A DNA stretch of 64,000 bases, taken from assembly GCA_965218095.1 (NCBI GenBank), contig OZ244587.1, positions 5,344,001 to 5,408,000 of the forward strand. The letters run 5' to 3'. The translations under genes and the position numbers were made by a program. A model generated the notes under the pieces. The model searched no databases. It saw only the letters and a list, made by a program, of their open reading frames with translations, and had not been told where the DNA came from. The stretch is from Candidatus Poribacteria bacterium (lineage in GTDB: Bacteria > Poribacteria > WGA-4E > PCPOR2b). Below are positions 9,243 to 20,160 of this stretch, in pieces (the first letter of the stretch is position 1; each line of letters opens with the position of its first letter).

Positions 9243-10877
9243 ATGAACGTTTCACTCAAACAACCTCTCCTGCTCAACGACGAGCAGATCCGCGAATTCA
9301 TTGTTAATGGGTATATTGTCCTGAAGCCATCCGTCCCCGATGAACTTCATAAAACCATTTCTCGGAAACTGACGGAAGTTCTGGATGGAGGGGCCAATCC
9401 GGGGAACAATGTCCTGCCGCGGGTTCCAGAGATGCGGCACATCGTCAACAGTCCCGAAGTGCGGGGTGCGCTGATTAGCGCCCTGGGTGAGGACTACATT
9501 GAACACCCGCACCGCTACTGCCATTACCTTGCGCCGGCTCCAGAACCTGACCCTGATCCAGCCGTTAAGCTGGCTGCGAACTGTCATCAGGACGCATATA
9601 CGCCCCTGGGCCGCCCCCGGCAGCATTATTCGCGTTACGCGAGGATTATGTACTACCCGCAGGATACGCCGATTGAACTGGGACCGACCCACGTTATCCC
9701 CGGCACCCAATTTAATAAGGGGCTTACCGACGAAGACCGGTTACGTGCCATACCTACAGCAGGAAAAGCGGGCACAGTGTCGCTGACGCATTTCGACGTC
9801 GGTCATGCCGCAGGCGTCAATCTCGTGAATAAACCCCGCTACATGGTGAAGTTCATTTATGTTCGCGCTTTGGAGCCGAAAGCACCGTCGTGGAATTGCC
9901 AAAACCTGCAATGGCGGAAACCCCGCAATATCGAAGCGCAATATAATTTGGAACTGGCCTGGTCTCACAGTTGGGATTGGATGTGTGGGAAGCGGGATCG
10001 CTACGAAAGCCTCCGAAACGACGGGGCTAAGTCCTCCAATGGCGACTTGGGCCAACTGATTGCAGACCTGGGTGTCGACCGAGAATTGTGCGCTCGCTTG
10101 CAGGCTGTCTACGACCTTGCCGGGCTTGGCCCCAATGCCGCCGCCGCCATCCCTGACCTGGTCAACATGCTGGAAACCGACCATCAAGCGGCGCGAGTGG
10201 CAGCGATCTATGCGCTCGGCGCGATCGGCAAACCCGCTGTCGATCCGCTGATGGAGATGCTGAAAGCGGCGGGTCGCCGAGAAGATGCACATCTAGTCCC
10301 CGAACCTTGGGACGAAGGCGCCATCTCGATGGAAGACGCGGCGCACGCTTTGACCGCCGTTGGAGCGCCTGCCGTTAGATCCCTGACCGAAGCCCTGGAG
10401 TCCCCCAGCGAATGGGTCCGCATTAATGCCGCCTTCGCGCTCGGCGAGATGGATTCGCATGCAGCGAGTGCCGTGTCGAACCTGACGAAGCGCCTGGGCG
10501 ATGACTCTCATCGCATCGTCCGCACCGCGACGGACGCGCTGGGAAGCATCCGCCAAAGCTACCCGACGTTTATCCCGCACATCAGTCGTTTGCTGCTGGA
10601 GGAGTGGGTGGACTGGAACGAGGAGGCGCGTCGCGGCTGGACAGCTCAAGACCAAGTTCGCGTCAACGCCGCGATGGCGTTTACGCGGTTGGGTAAAAAC
10701 GCCGCGGGCGCCGAGGACGTTTTGCTCCACGCGCTGGACGATCCGTGTGGGCATGTGGGCGCCTTTGCCATGGATGCATTGAAGCGCATTGATTTGCCAG
10801 CCGCTAGGCAAGCTATGATGGAGTACCTGGAGGCCCAGCGCTGGGATGAATCTATCACGGCAGATAGGCAGTTTTGA
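9243..10877 (+). CDS. Phytanoyl-CoA dioxygenase domain fused to HEAT/PBS-lyase repeats
   Basis: N-terminal FIVNGYIVL, CHQD, GPTHVIPGT; C-terminal HEAT repeats (RVAAIYALGAIG, VRINAAFALGEM, VRTATDALGSI). Alternative start 9204. Confidence 0.85.
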   Translation: MNVSLKQPLLLNDEQIREFIVNGYIVLKPSVPDELHKTISRKLTEVLDGGANPGNNVLPRVPEMRHIVNSPEVRGALISALGEDYIEHPHRYCHYLAPAPEPDPDPAVKLAANCHQDAYTPLGRPRQHYSRYARIMYYPQDTPIELGPTHVIPGTQFNKGLTDEDRLRAIPTAGKAGTVSLTHFDVGHAAGVNLVNKPRYMVKFIYVRALEPKAPSWNCQNLQWRKPRNIEAQYNLELAWSHSWDWMCGKRDRYESLRNDGAKSSNGDLGQLIADLGVDRELCARLQAVYDLAGLGPNAAAAIPDLVNMLETDHQAARVAAIYALGAIGKPAVDPLMEMLKAAGRREDAHLVPEPWDEGAISMEDAAHALTAVGAPAVRSLTEALESPSEWVRINAAFALGEMDSHAASAVSNLTKRLGDDSHRIVRTATDALGSIRQSYPTFIPHISRLLLEEWVDWNEEARRGWTAQDQVRVNAAMAFTRLGKNAAGAEDVLLHALDDPCGHVGAFAMDALKRIDLPAARQAMMEYLEAQRWDESITADRQF

Positions 10878-10917
10878 AGTTTCATGGCTCACTCAGTGAA
10901 GCAGTTTATGACAGAAC

Positions 10918-10974
10918 TTATAGCGAGTAAAACGCGCTCTTCTCCCGTCAGCTTTAACGAAGTGAGGGATCTCT
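10918..10974 (+). repeat. Dispersed repeat, copy 2 (see 6188-6244)
   Basis: Direct sequence comparison. Confidence 0.75.
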
Positions 10975-11051
10975 ATCGGCATCGGGTCAGTAGGATAACG
11001 AACACTATTTCTTGAGGCGAGGGAAATGTTGAACCAACAAAGGAGATTATC

Positions 11052-11801
11052 ATGAGACAGTCAAGCAACGAAGGCAGGCTCGCTGGTAGGGTCGCGATTA
11101 TAGCGGGTGCTGGCGGAGGTATGGGACGTGCCACGCCTCTGTGGTTTGCGGCAGAAGGTGCAAAACTCATGCTTGTGGCGCGTCGAGCGGAGCCATTAGA
11201 GAAAATGGTCTCCGAGATCCAGGCGAATGGGGGAGAGGCAGACTATGTGACCGCCGATCTCACAACCATTGAGGGCGGTGCAAAGATGACGGATGCGACC
11301 ATTGAGCGGTGGGGGCAGATTGATGTGTTGTTCGACAACCTGGGGGATGCTGCGGCAAGTGGGTTGCGGCTGCACGAAACTGACGAGGAAGCGTGGAAGT
11401 ATCTGGTGGACATCAACCTCCACACTGCTTATATGTGTACTCACGCCCTGTTCCCACACATGCAGGCGCGAAAACAGGGCTCGGTTATCTTGGTCTCGGC
11501 TGCCAGCGCAACCCGTCAACGCGCCAACGCCGGATATGGTGCAGCGAAATGGGGGCTTGTCGGGCTGACTCGCAATCTCGCTCGACAATATCGCGATGAT
11601 GGGATTCGGATTAACTGCATCTGTCCGGGCAGCATTGGCGATTCTCGCGGTGAGGAAGACGCTGGGGCGCCGCCGCCCGAATTGGTTCGTGAGGGGCATC
11701 CGGCTGACATTGCCATGGCGGCGGTCTTTCTAGCGTCTGATGAGTCCGCTTGGGTTACCGGCGTCAGTATTGACATTGACGGCGGCGAATCGGTGGCGTA
11801 A
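11052..11801 (+). CDS. SDR family oxidoreductase
   Basis: AGAGGGMG, YGAAK, IRINCICPG, FLASDESAWVTG; RBS AAGGAG. Confidence 0.9.
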   Translation: MRQSSNEGRLAGRVAIIAGAGGGMGRATPLWFAAEGAKLMLVARRAEPLEKMVSEIQANGGEADYVTADLTTIEGGAKMTDATIERWGQIDVLFDNLGDAAASGLRLHETDEEAWKYLVDINLHTAYMCTHALFPHMQARKQGSVILVSAASATRQRANAGYGAAKWGLVGLTRNLARQYRDDGIRINCICPGSIGDSRGEEDAGAPPPELVREGHPADIAMAAVFLASDESAWVTGVSIDIDGGESVA

Positions 11802-11832
11802 CTGAAAAACGGAAATGAACCCGTAGTACCCA

Positions 11833-12654
11833 TCACTGACCATTGGTAGGGTCAGCAAGACCCAGAAGGCTCAGCATGTCACGATGCAAGATCTGAGAAG
11901 GCAGGTCATCCGGCAGCGGAGGCAGGTGCAGCCCTTTAACGATTTCATTGAAAGCGGTTATTAGAAAATCGGTGCCGAAAAACAGCTTGTCGGTGACGCC
12001 GTATTCGACTACCAGCCGTAGCGAGTTGTAGAATTGCCAGGGCGGGGAGAATAGAGCGGAAATGTCCGCAAAGACGTTGGGTTGCTTTCGGATGAGAACG
12101 ATGGTCTCCGCTTCCCAGGGATGCCAGATGTGGGCAATGACCATCTTTAGATCGGGGAAGCGAAGTGCAACATCTTCGAGCAGGACGTACTTCATCGGTG
12201 CTTTCCGCGGATAGGTCGTTCCTCGATGAAACATGATCGGCAGCCCAAGTTCTTCAGCACGGGCGAAGATTTGGAGGGCGCGAGGGCCCAGAGGGTTCCA
12301 TCCCCCGTAGATTGGGCTCATTTTTAGCTCGCGAAACCCCAGTTCTTGCACAGCGCGATCTACTTCTGAGAGGGCGCCATCTTCGGTTGGACAGATTGCT
12401 GCAAAGCCGATAAGTTTTTTCAGATCCGTGCGAATGTAGTCTGCGACGGTGTTGTTGACGGTAAGGAAACCGGTGAGTGGCGCTCACAGTCCGAATACAA
12501 TCGCACGGTCTACCTTCGCTACAGCGGCAGCGTGCATTTCCGGTGTGATGTCCAGGTCTACCTCTTGCCTGCGCATGATAAAGGTTTCACGGGCGAGCGC
12601 CTCAGTCAACTCGCCCGGATATCCCCAGAAATCGGTGTAACAATCAATGATCAG
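11833..12654 (-). pseudogene. Amidohydrolase_2 family protein, frameshifted
   Basis: IIDCYTD (degraded IIDCHTH) in one frame; FPDLKMVIAH..HPW, PNVFADISA and KLFFGTDF in another; breaks near 12484 and 12360. Confidence 0.8.
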
Positions 12655-12886
12655 TGGTATTTCACCCTTCGTTAATCTCAGCCAAGTTGCCACCTATTCC
12701 CATTTCGGTTTGGAAATCTGGAAGGACAAAGACGAGGGAACGGAAGAAAAGGAAGAAGGGGAAGGAGGAAGCGGCATTACATCCTTTCCTTCCATTCTTT
12801 TCTTCCTTCCAGCAAGCAACTCCTCATTATGGGAAATAGGTTAACAAGCCCAACCGGTATAGTTGGCTAGAAGGTAGCAACTCGGC

Positions 12887-13711
12887 TTAATCTCTTTTAG
12901 GGGGTTTGATTTCTTTGTTTACAGCCCATTCAGGATAGTAACTGTACGTCTCGGCGCCTGGGTAGGGACTTCCAAGGGGCTGCGGCGGCACATAGAATGG
13001 CCCCGGTGATCCGATCATGACAGACATGATGAATTGAAGCCCCACCGATCGAAGACAACGGGCAGAGCGCACATTCCACGGTGCGGTTGTGGCAAGAACG
13101 AACCGGTTATTTTCCAGTATCCATTGCCCAGCCGCGCTCACGACAGCGCGTCCTAGTCCACGACCTTTGGCTTCCGGTGCAGCGTCCACACCGATTTCCC
13201 AGATGCGGTCATCCTCGGCGCGGACCGTTGCGAGTGCTGCTAGTTTGCCCTCCTCGAAGATTCCGAAACCGACCCTTGCCTCGTCTGAAAAGCAATGCCA
13301 AAAAATACGATTATTGACTGTTTCAGCCAGTTTATCTGCGGAAAGCTGTACAGGACGGACGTCCTCTACCGAGCGAAAACAGTCCGCATCGCCGACATAA
13401 AACCAGCTTGGTCCCCACACCCCACAGCCGTCGGGCAGTAACATGCGCGCGAGTTCATAGGCGCCGAATATTGAGAACAGTTCATCCAGCGCCAAGTTCG
13501 CTACGATCGGTTTAAGTGCCTTCACCCACCGCTGCTGCGTTGCGACAAGTCCACGCTCGCCGACCCTGGCTGCGAACAGCGCACTCGAATCGGATGACCC
13601 ATATTCGCTCTCATACACCGGTATTGGATCGGAACCTGCAAGATCCAGAGATACCCCGATCTTCTCATCCAGCCACGGACGAAGGTCTTCGGTAAGGCTT
13701 GATGCTTTCAT
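12887..13711 (-). CDS. GNAT family N-acetyltransferase
   Basis: C-terminal WEIGVD..PEAKGRGLGRAVV and N..S.R...SVG; start ATG 13711 with AGGAGA. Confidence 0.8.
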   Translation of the reverse strand: MKASSLTEDLRPWLDEKIGVSLDLAGSDPIPVYESEYGSSDSSALFAARVGERGLVATQQRWVKALKPIVANLALDELFSIFGAYELARMLLPDGCGVWGPSWFYVGDADCFRSVEDVRPVQLSADKLAETVNNRIFWHCFSDEARVGFGIFEEGKLAALATVRAEDDRIWEIGVDAAPEAKGRGLGRAVVSAAGQWILENNRFVLATTAPWNVRSARCLRSVGLQFIMSVMIGSPGPFYVPPQPLGSPYPGAETYSYYPEWAVNKEIKPPKRD

Positions 13712-13713
13712 AG

Positions 13714-14490
13714 CTATTTCTCTCCTGTCGGATTCATGCGTAGGATTTCCAGATTTTGTTTTAGTGCCTGCGTGCCGTAAGATAGGGCATTGCCGACGTT
13801 GAGAAAACGATAGCCCCACCGAATCTTCTCCTGAATCTCGGATACCTCCCCAAGCGTGGTACCGGCGACAATGCCAGCGCCTTCGAGCCGGCGGGGCACA
13901 TCCTGCATAATCTCCTGAACCTCCTGAGAACCGGTTTCCGTGATCCTTCCAACTGAGGCGGAGAGATCTAACGGCCCAACGAGAAGGACATCAATGCCTG
14001 GGACTTTTGCAATCTCGTCAATGTTTTCGTACCCCTGCCGACTCTCAATCTGGAGAACCAACACCGTCTCTTCATTGGCGGTCTTGATGACGTGAGTCCA
14101 GTCCTCTCCGGCGATGATGGGCCATCGGGGAGAGATGCCGCGCTTCCCTTCCGGGGCATAGCGGGCGTATTGCACAGCCTGGGCGGCTTCTTCCGGGGTG
14201 TCAACTTGAGGTACCATCACGGCTACTGCGCCTACATCGTAGGCTTTCTTAATCAGCGCCGGATCATTCCAGGCTACCCGGATCATAGGAGCCACACCTT
14301 TCTGTCGGGCGAGGACAGGGACGATCTCCAACGCTTCAGTCCCAAATGGCGCATGCTCGGTGTCGATCCAGAGGAAGTCGGGGTCAGCCTGGGCTATCAT
14401 GCTGACGACGAATGGGGAAGGCACTGACAGCGAAGAGCCTAGCACGAGTTCTCCGTTTCTAAGTTTCTGCTTGAGCGGATTGGGGTACAT
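13714..14490 (-). CDS. HpcH/HpaI aldolase family protein
   Basis: DFLWIDTEHAP, DVGAVAVMVPQV, RYAPEGKRG, QIES, VGPLDLSAS. Confidence 0.9.
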   Translation of the reverse strand: MYPNPLKQKLRNGELVLGSSLSVPSPFVVSMIAQADPDFLWIDTEHAPFGTEALEIVPVLARQKGVAPMIRVAWNDPALIKKAYDVGAVAVMVPQVDTPEEAAQAVQYARYAPEGKRGISPRWPIIAGEDWTHVIKTANEETVLVLQIESRQGYENIDEIAKVPGIDVLLVGPLDLSASVGRITETGSQEVQEIMQDVPRRLEGAGIVAGTTLGEVSEIQEKIRWGYRFLNVGNALSYGTQALKQNLEILRMNPTGEK

Positions 14491-14892
14491 GGTGTTTTCC
14501 TGATGAAATCTGGATGCTTGAGTTTGAATACCAAAGCGTGTGAAACTATTGACATAATTTAATCCTAGTTTAGCAGGTTTTCTGCTGATCGTCAAATAGA
14601 TTTTTTAACTCAGATTCAAGTTGAGAGTCTCCTGATCTCACTTGTGATTTTCTTGATACACCCGGTCGCGTTTTTGCTGGACATTTTAACAGATCTCTAT
14701 TATACTGCGTGAAAGCGGTTGATAAAATAATAACAATTCTTGTCAAATAATTGCTGTCAAAGGATTTTCACGTGATTCAGTTTTCTGGAAAATTTGGGAG
14801 TAAATCCGGTTGTCGCTTGTCGTGTCATGTAATGCCTAAAAAAGGCGTGATATACAGGGAATTTCTGCTTGAACGATTGATGGAGGAAATCA

Positions 14893-16077
14893 ATGATAGA
14901 TGGACCACGCGCCTGTCAGGCGTCGGAATTTGAAGAGGTAGTCGTCCTGATCAATCGGGTGTTCAGAGCGGGGACAGGCCAGGATATTCGGACGGACTAC
15001 CCGCTGGTGTTTAATCCGTCAAGAATGGAGTACATGCGCATCCTCAAGGTGGACGGCAAAGTCGTTTCGCATGTGCCGGTCTGGCCACGCGAAGTCGTCG
15101 CCGCAGACGACAGGTTCATGATCGGCATCATCAGCCCCACTGTCACGCACCCGGATTATCGCCGACGGGGATATGCTACCCTTTGCCTTCAAGACTGTAT
15201 CCGCATCATGAAGGAGAACAAGTGGACCGTCTCTGTGTTATGGACGATGGAAGCGACGTTCCCCTTTTATCAGCGGTCCGGCTGGGAAGCGGTTGGGGCG
15301 CAGGGCTGGGTCTATCGGCTCCACTCGGAGGATAGCAAACTTTTTGAAGGCGGCGCTTTCGATGTCATTCAATACGACCCGGCGAATCTCCATCATCTTG
15401 AGACAATTATGAAGTTCCACGATGCAGAGCCTTATCGCATCACCCGCTCTCACACGGAGTACCATGCCCTTTTTTCTTTGCCGAAGACGACCACCTTCCT
15501 GGCGATGAAGGGAACAGAAGTCGCCGCTTACCTGACGGTCGGAGAAGGAACTAACAAGCCCGGTTTAATCGAAGGTGGAGGCGATATGGGTGGGCTGGAA
15601 ACTCTAGTCAGATGTGCTTTGCTGGAACGAGATGCGGGCGAGGAAATTCAAGCGCCGGTACCGTTGACGCCATCTTGTCTCGGACAGCTTATGGAGACCA
15701 AGAAACCGGGAAGCCGATGGCCGGTTGAGGAGGCAAAGGGTGTGGGCTATCAGATGATGCGAGTCAATAGTCTTGAAACATTGCTGCGACAGATTCAGAA
15801 TGACTTACGAAGAAAATCTATCGGACTGCATGGCAGCGTCTGCTTGGTCTGTCGAGAAACCGATGAGGCCGTTACTCTCAAGTTCCGCGGTGGGGATGTT
15901 GATGTATCAGCCGAGCGATCTGCAGAGCTAGTAGTGCTGACCTGTCGGGAGCTTACGCAACTAATTTTTGGCGCTCACCCCGCCGCGAAGCCGGTCGAGT
16001 GTCACGGAACGGCAAGTGAAATTCTGAAGGAGATCTTTCCCTTTTACTTTCCGATTTGGGAATTGGATCACTCTTGA
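14893..16077 (+). CDS. GNAT family acetyltransferase, Eis-like (GNAT plus SCP-like C-terminus)
   Basis: VTHPDYRRRGYA, FYQRSGWE, C-terminal LTQLIFG...IFP; RBS GGAGG. Confidence 0.8.
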   Translation: MIDGPRACQASEFEEVVVLINRVFRAGTGQDIRTDYPLVFNPSRMEYMRILKVDGKVVSHVPVWPREVVAADDRFMIGIISPTVTHPDYRRRGYATLCLQDCIRIMKENKWTVSVLWTMEATFPFYQRSGWEAVGAQGWVYRLHSEDSKLFEGGAFDVIQYDPANLHHLETIMKFHDAEPYRITRSHTEYHALFSLPKTTTFLAMKGTEVAAYLTVGEGTNKPGLIEGGGDMGGLETLVRCALLERDAGEEIQAPVPLTPSCLGQLMETKKPGSRWPVEEAKGVGYQMMRVNSLETLLRQIQNDLRRKSIGLHGSVCLVCRETDEAVTLKFRGGDVDVSAERSAELVVLTCRELTQLIFGAHPAAKPVECHGTASEILKEIFPFYFPIWELDHS

Positions 16078-16099
16078 AATTGAAGCGAGGTATTGAGAA

Positions 16100-16600
16100 A
16101 TGGCTGTTCGGGAAATTCTACTGCTCGGAAACCCTAAGCTGTATGAAATATGTGAGCCGGTTAAAAAAGCAGAGCTCGAAACTATCAAACCTGCTGTCCA
16201 AGATCTGCACGACACCTTGATGGACTTTAGAGAAAAATATAACGCCGGTCGGGCAATCGCCGCGCCACAAATTGGCGTGATGAAACGCGTGGTCTACATG
16301 TACATCGACAGACCGGCCGTTTTCATAAATCCATTCTTAGATCTCAAGAATGCAGAGATGATGGAACTGTGGGATGACTGTATGAGTTTTCCCGATCTCC
16401 TTGTAAGGGTTCGTCGGCATCAACGGTGTCGAATTACATATCGGGATGAAAACTGGGGCGAACAAAGCATAGAGCTTGAGGGAGACCTCTCGGAGCTCTT
16501 ACAGCACGAGGTTGATCATCTCGACGGAATATTGGCTGTGCAAAGATCAATTGATGATAAATCGTTTGCCCTCAGGAGCCAACGTTGCTTCTTGAGGTGA
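16100..16600 (+). CDS. def: Peptide deformylase (variant motifs)
   Basis: GRAIAAPQIG, DDCMSFP (in place of EGCLS), LLQHEVDHLDGIL. Confidence 0.85.
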   Translation: MAVREILLLGNPKLYEICEPVKKAELETIKPAVQDLHDTLMDFREKYNAGRAIAAPQIGVMKRVVYMYIDRPAVFINPFLDLKNAEMMELWDDCMSFPDLLVRVRRHQRCRITYRDENWGEQSIELEGDLSELLQHEVDHLDGILAVQRSIDDKSFALRSQRCFLR

Positions 16601-16626
16601 TTCGAGTGCAGATTGAGGTACTCACA

Positions 16627-17808
16627 ATGAATCCCGTACTTTCAAGCCTACTGATTGAAAGAATCCGCCAGAGCGTTGACCAGCAGCGTTTAGTGGATAC
16701 CGCCATAGCCCTAATCGAAATTCCCAGTCCGACCTGCAGCGCCGGCGCCGCAGCCGACTGCCTCGCTTCCATTCTGGAAAGCGACGGTTTTGATGTAGAA
16801 AGACCCGTTGCGGACTGGCCCGATGCGCCCGCGGTGGTGGTTCGCTTTCATACGGAAAAACCGGGCCGCATCCTGCAGTTTGATGGACATCTGGATACGG
16901 TGCATCTGCCTTTTGTCCCGCCCCGGCACGAAAACAGTTGCCTCTACGGGTCCGGCGCCGCTGATATGAAAGGGGGCATTGCAGCGTTTGTAGAAGCCCT
17001 GCGGGTACTGCGGGATACGCAAAGCCTGAACGCCGGCGGCATCCTGCTTACGGCGCATGACCATCACGAGGGTCCCTGGGGCGATCGCCGGCAGCTTCAT
17101 GCCCTTATCAAGGCGGGCTACACAGGCGATGCAGTTCTCCTCCCCGAATACCTAGCTGACCGCTTGCCCGTGGCTGGTCGTGGCATGGGGATTTTTGAGA
17201 TCAAGATCAGTCGTGACGGTGAGCCCATCCACGAGACCTTGTGTCCGCCTGACCAGCCCGATGTGTTGGGGGCCGGTGCTGAATTGGTTGTGCGGTTCCG
17301 GGACCTAAACGCGCATCTCAAGAAGAATTCGCTGCCCCACGCAGGGGTTGATTCCATCTTCATCGGCCTGATTAACGCCGGGGAGATTTTCAACCAGTCT
17401 CCAACGGAATGCAACCTAAAGGGTACCCGCCGCTGGGTCACGCCCGGGAGCGTCGAAATGGTTCAGGCTGAATTCAACCGAATCCTGGAGGAACTTGCTC
17501 AGACTAGTCGCACCCGTATCGAGGCAAATTTCGAGGTTCAGGGAGATGCGTTCCGCATTGAGCCCACCGATCCGGTTATCATTGCCTTCCAAGCTGCTTA
17601 TCAAGCAGTCACCGGCGCCTCCCTCCCTATGGGCGGCAAACCCTTTGTGGACGACGGCAATACCCTCTCCCGTATGGCTGGCATCCTTCCCCTCACCCAC
17701 GGTCCCGCCGCCACCGGCGCCCATACATTGCAGGAATGTGTTCCGGTTCAGGAACTGGTACGGGTGGCTCAAGTTTACGCATTAACAGCAATAGGGTACT
17801 GCTCTTAG
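16627..17808 (+). CDS. M20/M25/M40 family metallohydrolase (ArgE/DapE-like)
   Basis: FDGHLDTV, LYGSGAADMKGG, HGP...GAHTLQE. Confidence 0.85.
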   Translation: MNPVLSSLLIERIRQSVDQQRLVDTAIALIEIPSPTCSAGAAADCLASILESDGFDVERPVADWPDAPAVVVRFHTEKPGRILQFDGHLDTVHLPFVPPRHENSCLYGSGAADMKGGIAAFVEALRVLRDTQSLNAGGILLTAHDHHEGPWGDRRQLHALIKAGYTGDAVLLPEYLADRLPVAGRGMGIFEIKISRDGEPIHETLCPPDQPDVLGAGAELVVRFRDLNAHLKKNSLPHAGVDSIFIGLINAGEIFNQSPTECNLKGTRRWVTPGSVEMVQAEFNRILEELAQTSRTRIEANFEVQGDAFRIEPTDPVIIAFQAAYQAVTGASLPMGGKPFVDDGNTLSRMAGILPLTHGPAATGAHTLQECVPVQELVRVAQVYALTAIGYCS

Positions 17809-17878
17809 TCGTTCGCCTGAAAATCCACCAGCGATATAAGACGGACAAATTTGTAGCTTGAATGCAAGGAGAACCAAA

Positions 17879-19222
17879 ATGAAGCTTAATGAACGTCAGG
17901 AAAAGCTGCTCAAGCGCACCTTTCTGGACTACCAGCCGACCGCAGAATTTGTCAAAAATCCGCTCATCCTGCACAAGGCGGAAGGACTCTACTATTGGGA
18001 TGTAGAGGGGAAGCGTTATTTTGACGGAATCGGCGGGATATTTGTCGCCACGCTCGGACACGGACATCCACGGGTTATGAGGGCGATGCGAAAGCAGATG
18101 GAAACATTGAGCTTCGCCCCGCCCATGCACGGGACTGCGGATGTCACGCTGGATTTCATCGAGCGGCTGGGCGAGGTCACCCCTGGAAATCTGAACTACA
18201 TTAAAACCTACAGCGGTGGGTCGGAGTCCATTGAATCCGCCATAAAATTCACACGGCAATACTTCAAGCAGAGCGGGCATCCGGGGAAGTACAAGTTCAT
18301 CAGCAGGTACTTTGGGTATCATGGAGCGACCTTCGGCGCCATGGCGGCCAGCGGCACCGGCAAGCGCAAAACCCGGTTTGAGCCTCAGATGAGCGGCTTT
18401 CTCAAGGTCTTTCCGCCGACCTACTATCGCGATCGTTTCTCCTCTTGGGAGGAGTGCAACCGGTTCTGTGCGCAGATGTTTGAGGACGTAATCATCAACG
18501 AAGATCCGGACACCGTCGCCGGCGTCATTATCGAGCCCATCGGCAATACCGGGGGCATCATCACGCCGACTGAGGCTTATTTTCAGATCATCCGTGAGAT
18601 TTGCGACTGCTACAATGTTATCCTGATCTATGACGAGATCATCACCGGATTTGCTCGGACCGGGTCCATGTTCGCGGCCCAGACTTTCGGGGTGACGCCG
18701 GATATTATTTGTTGCGGCAAGGGGCTTTCGAGCGGCGCCATTCCTCTGGCGGCCATGATAGCAAGGGAGGATATGGGGGAGCTCTTCTACGGCCCGGCAG
18801 CAGATGAAGTGAATTTTGCACACGGGCATACATTTGCGGGTAATCCACTAGCCTGTGCGGTGGGCATCGCCGTTATTGATGAAATCGTTGAAAAGGAACT
18901 GGACTGCAAAGCCCGTGAACTTGGGGATTACCTGGCTGCAAAGCTGGAGGGATTGAAGAAGTACGGTGTTGTCCGAGAAGTCCGCGGCAGGGGGATGTTG
19001 CGCGGCATAGAGTTGGTCAAAGATGCCCAAAACAACGAACCTTATCCTGAGTTGGGGCAAGCCTTGAAGCGGACTGCGCTCAACAATGGGTTGATTATCC
19101 GAATCGACCCGACTTGGTTTGCGGTTGCGCCGGCGCTGATTGCGGAGAAGTCAGATATAGATGAACTGTGCGACCTGATTGAAGACAGCTTGGTGGACGC
19201 CCTGGAACAAGTAAAGCCTTGA
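17879..19222 (+). CDS. Class III PLP-dependent aminotransferase
   Basis: SGGSESIESAIK, YHGAT, IIEPI, LIYDEIITGFARTG, PDIICCGKGLSSG, HGHTFAGNP. Confidence 0.93.
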   Translation: MKLNERQEKLLKRTFLDYQPTAEFVKNPLILHKAEGLYYWDVEGKRYFDGIGGIFVATLGHGHPRVMRAMRKQMETLSFAPPMHGTADVTLDFIERLGEVTPGNLNYIKTYSGGSESIESAIKFTRQYFKQSGHPGKYKFISRYFGYHGATFGAMAASGTGKRKTRFEPQMSGFLKVFPPTYYRDRFSSWEECNRFCAQMFEDVIINEDPDTVAGVIIEPIGNTGGIITPTEAYFQIIREICDCYNVILIYDEIITGFARTGSMFAAQTFGVTPDIICCGKGLSSGAIPLAAMIAREDMGELFYGPAADEVNFAHGHTFAGNPLACAVGIAVIDEIVEKELDCKARELGDYLAAKLEGLKKYGVVREVRGRGMLRGIELVKDAQNNEPYPELGQALKRTALNNGLIIRIDPTWFAVAPALIAEKSDIDELCDLIEDSLVDALEQVKP

Positions 19223-19362
19223 CCCATTCTTAATTTGGACAATCAAACCACCCCACGGTTCCAAACCTTTGCAAGGTTGAGTCAGTCGCCTTTTCATGAG
19301 ATTCATCAGTAGAGTTGTTCCTAAATCTGGCAAAGCGGTGTACTAAGCGAAAGGAATTTCCC

Positions 19363-20160
19363 ATGAACCGAGATTCTGAACTCAAGCAGGAGTTTTTTCA
19401 CGCACTCTCTCAATTCGTCTTATTGCTGGATAATCATGTTAGCACAGGTGATGGCCAATGGAGTATCAAAGGATTCATTGATGTATGTCGGAATATTTAC
19501 ACTATTTCTTCCGATACGAAGGTAATATCGAAGATTCTTGAGATACATCTCTTTCCACGTATTCTCAACTTTGCACAAAAAGCTAGATACCGACTTGTTC
19601 TGGCTGAACATCAGAATTATTATCCCGACATTTCTTTTGTGCATGCTGATGACGAGAGTATAAAATTCGCAGTTGATTTCAAGACCACATACCGCTTAGG
19701 AGATAACCCAGAATTTTTAATGGATTCACCTTGAGGTTCCCACGGGGAATACTTTGTAAATAGAGATAGTTCAAAGAATATTCAATTCCCTTATAGTCAA
19801 TATAGTGGACATTTCTGCCTGGGCATCATCTACAGCAGACATGCGAAAGAAAATTAGATGAAACTCGCACCTACAGGCTTGAGGAACTTCATTCGATTGC
19901 CTCAGTCATAAGGAACTTTCAATTCTTCGTAGCAGAGAAGTGGAAAATCGCGAGCGATAAAAGCGGTAGTGGGAATACCGCAAATATTGGAAGCATCAAC
20001 AAGATTTCTGATATACTTTCAGGCCGGGGCATGTTCTCACGCTTGGGTGAGAAATGGTTCGACGATTACTGGATGAATTATGGTAAGATTACGGTCACTG
20101 ATAGTAAGGGCAAGGCAAAAAAGATTACGAATTTGAGTGATTTTGTCACATATAGGGGTG
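19363..20160 (+). pseudogene. EcoRV-family type II restriction endonuclease, frameshifted
   Basis: SDTKVISKILE, QNYYPD, AVDFKTTY, (G)[34 protein letters not shown] and FDDYWMNY match the EcoRV pattern; indels near 19716-19734 and 19853. Confidence 0.85.

Noticed and set aside
17693-18829. 378-aa antisense ORF, and similar antisense ORFs over the amidase, TPR and other genes
   Set aside because: They lie opposite well-supported genes and show no family motifs
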